This document shows positions 7,708 through 13,999 of a DNA stretch of 32,000 nt, piece after piece (the stretch's first letter is position 1; the number at the start of each line of letters is the position of its first letter). Position numbers and translations under genes: made by a program. Under the pieces are notes generated by a model that worked only from the letters and a program-made list of their open reading frames with translations, made no database searches and was not told where the DNA came from. Source of the stretch: Methylorubrum extorquens (GTDB lineage Bacteria > Pseudomonadota > Alphaproteobacteria > Rhizobiales > Beijerinckiaceae); contig LT962688.1 of assembly GCA_900234795.1 (NCBI GenBank), positions 2,010,001-2,042,000 of the forward strand, read 5' to 3'.

Positions 7708-8192
7708 CGGAGAGCGAAGCCGAGTTCATCCGGATGGTGGACGAGGGGGAGGCTGCGGCCCTCCGCGACCTGGAGGCGATGGACCCGGAGAAGCTCCGGG
7801 CAGCGATCCGCGAGTTCCGCACCCCGGCATTCATCCCGTGGTCCCTGGAGCCGCCGTCGCCGCAAATCGAAATCGAGAAGGCCCCGGCGGGCGAGCTGCC
7901 GGCGGTCGGATCGTTCTGGGGCTGGGGGGGGGCGATGGCCGATAGGTACATGCAGCGCAAGCAAGCCGACGTCGCCCTCGGGCTGGACGTATTCGCCATG
8001 GGCGAGGCGGCCGACGGCCTTCTACGGCCGCGAGACAAGGTCTTGGTCGCAGCCAGCGAGACGACCTGCCCCCGCGAGAAGCGGGCGCTGGCCGAGCTGG
8101 CGCAGGACATCGAGACCCTGCGGGAGCGCGTGCGGGCGGCCAAGAACCGGATGGCGGCCCGGCGCCGGCAGGCGGCCGAGACGGAGGCCTGA
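7704..8192 (+). CDS. hypothetical protein (162 aa)
   Basis: Trimmed to GTG 7704 (GTGA overlap). High GC3. Contains a G9 homopolymer at 7924-7932. Confidence 0.55.
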   Translation: MTESEAEFIRMVDEGEAAALRDLEAMDPEKLRAAIREFRTPAFIPWSLEPPSPQIEIEKAPAGELPAVGSFWGWGGAMADRYMQRKQADVALGLDVFAMGEAADGLLRPRDKVLVAASETTCPREKRALAELAQDIETLRERVRAAKNRMAARRRQAAETEA

Positions 8193-8193
8193 C

Positions 8194-8781
8194 ATGACCG
8201 ACGTCACCATTGAACGCCGCCCCGATCCGAAGGCCGAGCTCGGGTACGTCTGCCCCGGGTGCGAGCAGTGGTCCCCGGTCGGGCTCTGGAAGGAGAGCGA
8301 GGTCGGCTGCGAGGACTGCGGTAGCCACAGCGCCATGCGCTGCCCGCTCTGCGAGGCAGACCATGACGAGATCTACACCGACTTCGAGGATGCCGACGGC
8401 TTCCTGGAGCGCGAGGCGGCCACCCGGGGGCCCGGCCCCGCCGAGCAGATCCTCGACCTGGAGCGGCAGGTCGCGAGCCTGAAGGACCACGCGGGCACGC
8501 TGGAGGCCTTCCTCAAGGCGGCCGACGACCGGACCCGGACGGCGAAGGCCGAGGCGGAGGTCTCCAAGCGCGAGGCGACGGCCCTGCGGACCGCGTGGCT
8601 CCGCGCCGTCGGCGGCCGGCTGCTCTGGCGCCCGGACCTCATCGTCGCGCTGTCCGAGACCACGACCGACATGCGGCTGCGGCTCGACGAACTCGACGAG
8701 GCGGACGCCGGGTGCCGGCTCTCCGCGATGGAAGCCGAGTACGGACCCTTCATCCCTGCCGAGGCCGAGGAGGCCGCCTGA
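8194..8781 (+). CDS. zinc-ribbon plus coiled-coil protein (195 aa)
   Basis: The N-terminus has CPGC-x17-CEDC-x9-CPLC. The C-terminal half is Ala/Glu/Leu/Arg-rich and looks helical. The start is 1 nt after the previous stop. Confidence 0.6.
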   Translation: MTDVTIERRPDPKAELGYVCPGCEQWSPVGLWKESEVGCEDCGSHSAMRCPLCEADHDEIYTDFEDADGFLEREAATRGPGPAEQILDLERQVASLKDHAGTLEAFLKAADDRTRTAKAEAEVSKREATALRTAWLRAVGGRLLWRPDLIVALSETTTDMRLRLDELDEADAGCRLSAMEAEYGPFIPAEAEEAA

Positions 8782-8783
8782 CC

Positions 8784-9206
8784 GTGGCGAACTACACCTA
8801 CTTCCGCGTGGCGATGACCGGGCCGGCCGACGACCTCGCCGCGTTCCAGAGCCGGCACGTGCGCCCGAACGACCGGGGCGACCGCTACATCGACTTCCAG
8901 ACCCTGATCCCGACGGCGGAGCCGTGCCCGGAGGTCTGGGGCAGCTTCACGATCGGCTACGAGTTCGAGATCGCCTCGGAGAGCCCCGGGCAGGTCGAGT
9001 TCACCTTCTCCGTGCGTGGCGGCGACGCGGCTCCGATCCTGCGCGAGATCGCCCGGCGCTACCCCGACGTGACGGCGGTCATCGCCTGCGAGGAAGAGGG
9101 CGGCTCCTACGCGGCGACCGGTGCCATGCAGGCCGGCGAGCTAACCTACGAGCGGCAGCCTTGGTCCGAGGCAGTCTGGGAAGCGGTTCACGGGGAGACC
9201 TTCTGA
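8784..9206 (+). CDS. hypothetical protein (140 aa)
   Basis: GTG 8784 is 2 nt after the previous stop (alternative ATG at about 8814). High GC3. No confident domain call. Confidence 0.5.
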   Translation: MANYTYFRVAMTGPADDLAAFQSRHVRPNDRGDRYIDFQTLIPTAEPCPEVWGSFTIGYEFEIASESPGQVEFTFSVRGGDAAPILREIARRYPDVTAVIACEEEGGSYAATGAMQAGELTYERQPWSEAVWEAVHGETF

Positions 9207-9368
9207 CATGACCCTCTGGCACAAGCCCGCCTACACCCGAAGCTCCGCGCGGCGGCGCGCCTGCGGGATTCGAGCGTCCGCGCCACGCTCGACGGGGGCT
9301 GGGACCTCGCTGGGCAGCGGGTCTTCATCGCCACCCCGGAGCAGGCCTCCTTCTTCCGGGCGGTCGCG

Positions 9369-9605
9369 ATGAAGGAGCCGCCCCCGCCGCCGAAGCCCGA
9401 GCAATCCTACGAGGAGGCCGCGGCCGAGCTCGCGAGCAACATGGAGAAGGAAGCGCGGGGCCTCGCGCTGGAGATGGGGCGGTCCCTCACCGCTCCGAAG
9501 CCGCCCCCACGCCCGGAGCCCCCCGGTGCGACGAGGCATCCCTTCATCGGGGCCAACCGGGCGCAGCGCCGGGCGGCCGAGACCAGGGCGAGGAGGCAGG
9601 CGTGA
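9369..9605 (+). CDS. hypothetical Pro-rich protein (78 aa from ATG 9369); coding signal extends upstream to about 9237 with no start codon
   Basis: The same frame is open back to the TGA at 9204-9206. It has about 95% GC3 from 9237 to 9368 but no ATG/GTG/TTG. ATG 9208 lies in the +1 frame. See finding. Confidence 0.5.
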   Translation: MKEPPPPPKPEQSYEEAAAELASNMEKEARGLALEMGRSLTAPKPPPRPEPPGATRHPFIGANRAQRRAAETRARRQA

Positions 9606-9724
9606 GCGAGACGCGGAAGCACACCCAGCTCGGGTTCTCGGTCATCGTCATGCGTGGCACCGGGCCGATGGCCCGCGCCGCCCTGGAGGCGATCGGCCTG
9701 CCCTCGATGTCGAGGAGCTCGTGA
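9602..9724 (+). CDS. possible small protein (40 aa), below the ORF-track cutoff
   Basis: GTG 9602 forms a GTGA overlap with the previous stop. High GC3. Its TGA 9722-9724 overlaps GTG 9721 of the next ORF. Confidence 0.35.
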   Translation: MSETRKHTQLGFSVIVMRGTGPMARAALEAIGLPSMSRSS

Positions 9725-9921
9725 TCGAGCAGAACGGTGGCGAGCTGGCGCTCGGTGGGATCGCCGTGTCCGAGAGCGACGCCCGGCTCGTCTACGCCGC
9801 CTGGCAATGCGACCCGCACCCGTTCCGCGACCTGCCGCCCGACCGCGAAATCGAGCGGATCCAGAGGTCCATAACCATCCGGCAGATGCTGGAACAGGCG
9901 AGCAGGGGAGAGCCAGCATGA
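9721..9921 (+). CDS. hypothetical protein (66 aa)
   Basis: Trimmed to GTG 9721 (VIEQNGGELALGG...). The upstream part of the track ORF is R/G/P-rich out-of-frame noise. ATGA overlap downstream. Confidence 0.45.
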   Translation: MIEQNGGELALGGIAVSESDARLVYAAWQCDPHPFRDLPPDREIERIQRSITIRQMLEQASRGEPA

Positions 9922-10397
9922 CCGAGACCAAGATCGCCGCCGCGCAGGAGGCCGTCGCCAAGGCGGCCGCCCTGCTCCTGGAACACGCCGAGGGGCTGGG
10001 CATGCTCGCCATGGTCGAGAGCCGGCGCGAGCCGCCGGACCTGATAGACACCGTCGCCTTCAGGAACGGCGAGACGGTCATCCGGAACGTCGCGGCCGAG
10101 CAGGCGTGGTCGCAGGCGGCGCTCGCAGCCGCGCGGTTCGCCGGGCGCTTCGAGGCGTTCCAGCAGGAGCGGGACCGCTATTCCGAGGTCGGCGTCACCC
10201 TGCGGGAGGAGGTCGAGAAGCTCGTGGGAGGCACCGGCAGCTTCCCCCCTCCGCTCTCGATGATGCCGGCCTCGGCCGGGCACGCCGCTCTCGGGATCAC
10301 CCCGCGCCAGGTCCACGCGCAGGCCTGGCGATCCCACCTCGCAGCTTCGGCCGCGACGATCGCGCGGGTCGAGATCGGGATGGGGTACGGCGCGTGA
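9918..10397 (+). CDS. hypothetical protein (159 aa)
   Basis: Trimmed to ATG 9918 (MTETKIAAAQEA). 4-nt overlaps on both sides. Confidence 0.55.
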   Translation: MTETKIAAAQEAVAKAAALLLEHAEGLGMLAMVESRREPPDLIDTVAFRNGETVIRNVAAEQAWSQAALAAARFAGRFEAFQQERDRYSEVGVTLREEVEKLVGGTGSFPPPLSMMPASAGHAALGITPRQVHAQAWRSHLAASAATIARVEIGMGYGA

Positions 10398-10807
10398 CGA
10401 AGGCAACCCTCACGCCGAACGGGGACGGCACGTTCGCCATGTCGACCGGCAGGCTGCATCTCAACCGGGTGGGGCTCCAGCCGGCCCCGGCATGGCTGGC
10501 TGCCCGGAAGCTGCAGGGCACGGTCACGGGCTTCGAGGACGCGGCCGACGGATCCTGGTCCGTCAAGCTGGACAACCTGCAGCCTGTCATCGAGACCGCC
10601 CCCAAGGCCGAGCAGCCCCCAAACCGGCCGGCCGAGTTCTGGTGGGTCGAGTGGTGCGAGGGCATGCCGCTGGAGCCGGCGCGCATCTCGTTCCTCGGCG
10701 AAGAGCCGACCTGGATCGACCAGCTCGGCGGCGACGCCGGCGAGCGGCTCGACGAGACCGGCACTCGCTTGGTCGAGCGGATCCTGCCCCCGGGCGTGAC
10801 GGCCTAG
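10394..10807 (+). CDS. hypothetical protein (137 aa), last gene of the array
   Basis: Trimmed to GTG 10394 (GTGA overlap). Trp-rich segment EFWWVEWCEG. Its TAG stop shares a CTAG with the convergent minus-strand gene. Confidence 0.55.
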   Translation: MTKATLTPNGDGTFAMSTGRLHLNRVGLQPAPAWLAARKLQGTVTGFEDAADGSWSVKLDNLQPVIETAPKAEQPPNRPAEFWWVEWCEGMPLEPARISFLGEEPTWIDQLGGDAGERLDETGTRLVERILPPGVTA

Positions 10808-11166
10808 CGCCCCCCGCGCTCCCGCGCCTGCAGGGCCTCCTCGACGAGCTCGGCGACCCGCTGCCCGGCGGCGCTGGCGAGCTTCTCCCGCGCGGCGACG
10901 ATGCGCATGCGGTCGCCCGGCGCGGCGACGACGAGATCGCCGTTGGCGTGCAGGCGGACGGTGACGACGAGGTCCCCCTCGGGCCCGGCTACCTCGCCGA
11001 TGTCCCTGGCAAGGGCATCGCGATAAGCCTCGGCCTCCCGGACCTCCCGATCGTCCGGCGAGCGGCCGTCATCGCGCAGACGTGCCAGCCTGTCCTCCGT
11101 CTCGGCCAAGGCCTGCCGCATCCGCCGCAGCGTCCCCAGGCGGACCTCCTCTCGCAGCTCGCTCAT
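10804..11166 (-). CDS. hypothetical coiled-coil-like protein (120 aa)
   Basis: Trimmed to ATG 11166 (MSELREEVRLG), preceded by GGAGGGG. The long upstream extension in the track (to 12018) is R/P/A-rich shadow sequence. Confidence 0.55.
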   Translation of the reverse strand: MSELREEVRLGTLRRMRQALAETEDRLARLRDDGRSPDDREVREAEAYRDALARDIGEVAGPEGDLVVTVRLHANGDLVVAAPGDRMRIVAAREKLASAAGQRVAELVEEALQARERGGR

Positions 11167-11227
11167 GTGCCCCTCCATGCCGGAGGCAGACTCGCGCGGG
11201 CCGACCCGGCGGGCAAGCCCGGCCGGG

Positions 11228-11278
11228 TGCGCATAAGGCCGGCCCGTGGGCGTCAGGACGTCATATCCTGCGCATAAG
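11228..11278. promoter_or_regulatory. direct repeat TGCGCATAAG x2 (11228-11237, 11269-11278) bracketing inverted repeat CAGGA-N7-TCCTG
   Basis: Read directly. It lies in the 149-nt gap between the HTH-like gene and the 120-aa gene. This is a locally AT-richer motif in GC-rich DNA. Confidence 0.3.
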
Positions 11279-11315
11279 CGGGCCAGACGCGGGATGTCTT
11301 GAACGTAAGGGAGGG

Positions 11316-11678
11316 TCAGGCCGGCGGCCCCGGCAGGGCGTCGACATCCTCCTGCGGAGCGGCCGACCAGTCCGCGCGGATCCGGTCGGCTCGGCGCACG
11401 AGGTCGGCGGCGATCCGCATGGCCAGCTGCTGCAGGGGCTCGACCAGCGACTCGGGCACCGGCCGCACGCCGAGAACCCAGTGCGAGACCTGCGCCTGCC
11501 CGACGCGGCGGCCCGCCTCCTGCGACAGGGCGGCCGCGAGGTCGGACTGCCAGCGCGGCCCGAAGGCGAGCTCGCCTAGCGTGACGACGCCCTGTCGCAC
11601 GAGGATCTGCCGATCGGTCAGGCCGGAGAGGTCGACCTTGGGCTCGCGGCGCGGGGGCTTGGGTGGCGAGAGGGTCAC
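11316..11678 (-). CDS. XRE/Cro-like helix-turn-helix protein (120 aa), paralogue of 1328-1684
   Basis: Trimmed to GTG 11678, preceded by AGGAGC plus a 5-nt spacer. The segment LGELAFGPRWQSDLAAALS...VSHWVLGVRPVPESLV aligns with IGELLYGRRWTTELAEALG...VRRWLSGEAAVPDRAV. Confidence 0.55.
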   Translation of the reverse strand: MTLSPPKPPRREPKVDLSGLTDRQILVRQGVVTLGELAFGPRWQSDLAAALSQEAGRRVGQAQVSHWVLGVRPVPESLVEPLQQLAMRIAADLVRRADRIRADWSAAPQEDVDALPGPPA

Positions 11679-11776
11679 GGGGGGCTCCTGATGTCGGGCG
11701 GTGGAAGGGGGCGGCCTGAGGCCCGTGCGAGGCCGGCGGGATCCGCGAGGGCGCGGCGCCGGCCCCGAGGCGGGCA

Positions 11777-12199
11777 TCAGACCGTGAGTTGGGACAGGGC
11801 GACCTCGTCGACGGCGAGCTCGCGAGCACGCTTGCGCGCAGCTGCAGCTGTCTTCTTCTCGACGCGGTCGATGCGTGCCTCCAGGGCACGTCCCTCGACG
11901 CAGGGGTCGACGCCGGGCACCGTCTCCCGGATGCGGGCAGCCTCCGCACGCGTGAGTATCGTGGCGACGAGGCTCTGACGGGGGCCGATCTTCGAGACCT
12001 GGACGCGCAGGCCGGCATCCCGGCAGGCGGCGATCAGGCTATCGCGGCTGTCCCGGTAGCGGCCGCCGTAGCGGGCGGCGCTCCCCTTCAGGTCCGACCC
12101 GGCCCACGAGGCCCAGCCGTTGATCAGGGATTTCTGGTAGTCCCCCTTGCAGACCGAGAGGGCGATCTTGTGGGCGGTGGCGGTGGCGATGGTCGACAT
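11777..12199 (-). CDS. hypothetical protein (140 aa)
   Basis: ATG 12199 with GGAG 9 nt upstream. High GC3. No domain recognised. Confidence 0.6.
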   Translation of the reverse strand: MSTIATATAHKIALSVCKGDYQKSLINGWASWAGSDLKGSAARYGGRYRDSRDSLIAACRDAGLRVQVSKIGPRQSLVATILTRAEAARIRETVPGVDPCVEGRALEARIDRVEKKTAAAARKRARELAVDEVALSQLTV

Positions 12200-12229
12200 C
12201 TGGGAGGCTCCAGCGGTTGGGTGAAGGAT

Positions 12230-12252
12230 GGGACCGGGGGGAGCCCGGTCCC
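12230..12252 (-). other. intercistronic hairpin GGGACCGGG-N5-CCCGGTCCC
   Basis: Perfect 9-bp GC stem between the 75-aa and 140-aa genes. No U-tract, so it is more likely an mRNA processing/stability element or an attenuator than a terminator. Confidence 0.4.
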
Positions 12253-12259
12253 GCTGTCC

Positions 12260-12487
12260 TCAGAGGGCGTTGACGTCGGCGCCGCGTTCGGCGGTGGCCA
12301 TCCGGCCGGCGGCGGAGAGGGCGATCGAGGTCTCCTCGGTGTAGAAGGCGGAGCCGAAGCCCGGCTTGCCCTCGACGTGGCGAGCGTCGTCGGCGCAGTA
12401 GTCGACGCGGAACTCGGCGTTGGCGCCGTCGTAGGAGGCCTGGAGGCCGAGGGCGCGGATCTCGGTGAGGGTCTGCTGGATCGCCAT
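12260..12487 (-). CDS. hypothetical protein (75 aa)
   Basis: ATG 12487. The leader CCAACCCCGGAGCCTCCC-ATG is nearly identical to the leader of the next gene. High GC3. Confidence 0.55.
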   Translation of the reverse strand: MAIQQTLTEIRALGLQASYDGANAEFRVDYCADDARHVEGKPGFGSAFYTEETSIALSAAGRMATAERGADVNAL

Positions 12488-12541
12488 GGGAGGCTCCGGG
12501 GTTGGTGGTCCGGGGCCCTGTCTCTCGCCCCGTTGATAGTT

Positions 12542-12569
12542 AATATACTACCAGCGACGGCGAATGCAA
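12542..12569 (-). promoter_or_regulatory. candidate sigma70-type promoter TTGCAT-N16-TATATT (minus strand)
   Basis: An AT-rich island (TAGTATATTAACTATCAAC on the minus strand) 55-80 nt upstream of ATG 12487. The hexamers were read directly; promoter function is inferred. Confidence 0.35.
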
Positions 12570-12710
12570 GGGCTCGGTAGTGGAATTTCTACCGAAAAGG
12601 TGCGGCATTCCGCGCAGGGGTGCGGCACGGCGCGATCGGCCCGGCCGCGCGGGCTGGCGCGACGACGGGGCTTGGTTCTGTCAGCGGGACTTGAGCGACT
12701 GTCTTGCTGG

Positions 12711-13640
12711 TCAAGCGGGTTGCCATGGCGTTCCGTCTCTCAGGATGGCGTTGAGGATGGTGATCAGCTTCCGAGCGGTGGCAATCAGGGCAACGAGCTT
12801 GGGCTTACCGGCTGCGATGAGCCGGTCCCGGAAGGTTTTCAGCGCGGCATTGTGACGGCTGGCCACCATGGCCCCCATGAACAGCGCCGTGCGAACAGGT
12901 GCGCGGCCGCCTGCAATGAAGCTCCTCCCTCGCCACTGACCGGATTGCCGCGTCCAAGGGGCCAAGCCGACCAGCGCGGCGACTTGCTTCCGGTTGAGGC
13001 TTCCAAGCTCAGGCAGCTCCGCGATCAGGGTTCGTGCGATCGTCGGTCCAACACCAGGAACGGAGGTCAGGAGGGTCTCCTTCCTGCGCCATTCAAGCGA
13101 CCGGTCTACCTCTGCATCGATCGAGCGGTCGATCACACTCTGCTCCTGCTCCAACGCCTCTATGACGCGCCGGACGCTGTCTCGAATGCACGGTGGAGCT
13201 TGGCTCGCTCGCTGCCGCTCGGACGCGATCAGTCCTACGATCTGACGGCGTCTTGTGACGAGATCAGCCAAGGCCTGAGTCTTGGCATCGGCCCGAGCGC
13301 GAACGGGTGGGTTGGTGGCCGCCGCGAACCGGGCGATCACGGTGGCGTCGATGCGGTCGGTCTTGGCGCGTTGGCCCAAGGCGTGAGCGAAAGCACGGAC
13401 CTGTGCTGGGTTCACGATCACGGCTGGCAGCCTCCAGGTGGTGAGAGCACGTGCCACCATGGCTTCCAAACCGCCGGTTGCCTCCAGGACGACGAGCTTC
13501 GGCTTCAGGGGCCGGAGGCGTTCGCACAGCTGCTCCACACCCTCGGTCGTACGATCAACGGCGAAGTTCGCTCCAGAGGGATGAACATGAATATCGAGGC
13601 GGTCACGGGCCACATCGATCCCAACAACAGGAGCGTCCAT
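12711..13640 (-). CDS. IS110-family transposase/recombinase (309 aa)
   Basis: Trimmed to ATG 13640 (MDAPVVGIDVARDRLDIHV). Hallmarks: GIDVA, LEATGG, KTDRIDA, SVPGVGPTIARTLIAELPELG, and the C-terminal ARKLITILNAILRD. Confidence 0.9.
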   Translation of the reverse strand: MDAPVVGIDVARDRLDIHVHPSGANFAVDRTTEGVEQLCERLRPLKPKLVVLEATGGLEAMVARALTTWRLPAVIVNPAQVRAFAHALGQRAKTDRIDATVIARFAAATNPPVRARADAKTQALADLVTRRRQIVGLIASERQRASQAPPCIRDSVRRVIEALEQEQSVIDRSIDAEVDRSLEWRRKETLLTSVPGVGPTIARTLIAELPELGSLNRKQVAALVGLAPWTRQSGQWRGRSFIAGGRAPVRTALFMGAMVASRHNAALKTFRDRLIAAGKPKLVALIATARKLITILNAILRDGTPWQPA

Positions 13641-13870
13641 CTGATCCCATCCTTGCGCAAGCGGGCTTCGCGTTGAGCGGCCCAAGCGACTGTTCGGGTT
13701 CGATGGAACGGCGGGCGAGGACCCTGGCTCACTTGCGGGCTTGGTGGCCCCAGAGGCTAACGGTCTCTCACCCGCCACCGCGCCGAGGAGCATACCCCGC
13801 GAGGTTGGGATCAAGTTACAAGAGGCTGGATCCGTGACCGCCAGCCCGGTCCCGTTTCAAGCGGGACCGC
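13641..13870 (-). ncRNA. candidate bridge (guide) RNA region of the IS110 element
   Basis: Inferred from position only: it is the non-coding end upstream of the recombinase, as in the IS110 subgroup. Local stems are visible: palindrome CTTGCGCAAG 13652-13661, GGTGGC...GCCACC 13743-13779, and CGGTCCCG-N7-CGGGACCG 13847-13869. Confidence 0.3.
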
Positions 13871-13947
13871 CGCGTCGCCGACCACCCTGCCGGGGCTTCC
13901 CGAGCGGGGATTTCGCACGTTTCGGGACCAGTAACGGGACCAACGAC

Positions 13948-13967
13948 AAAAGCCGCCCTGAGGCGGC
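13948..13967 (-). terminator. rho-independent terminator of tRNA-Gly
   Basis: On the minus strand: GCCGCC-tcag-GGCGGC followed by TTTTG, about 33 nt downstream of the tRNA 3-prime end. Confidence 0.6.
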
Positions 13968-13999
13968 CCTGCTAAGTCGTTGAACTTGGTTGGGAAAAC

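Larger units (their letters stand above)
12575..13900 (-). mobile_element. IS110-family insertion sequence (ends approximate)
   Basis: A complete DEDD-type transposase gene, with about 200-260 nt of non-coding DNA on its 5-prime side and about 140 nt or less on its 3-prime side. IS110 elements lack terminal inverted repeats, so the ends cannot be fixed by eye. Confidence 0.6.

Noticed and set aside
9208-9372. 54-aa ORF from ATG 9208 as a stand-alone gene
   Set aside because: Despite neat start/stop spacing (TGAcATG upstream, ATGA downstream), its GC3 and composition degrade after about 10 codons while the -1 frame looks coding. It is kept as a finding rather than a feature.
10804-12018. 404-aa minus-strand ORF
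   Set aside because: Only the last 120 aa (from ATG 11166 with a GGAGG RBS) looks genuine. The rest is R/P/A-rich and overlaps the HTH-like and 140-aa genes in other frames.
12564-13837. Plus-strand ORFs (12564-13676, 13451-13837 and others) across the IS
   Set aside because: They are antisense to the clearly recognisable IS110 transposase and have no motifs.
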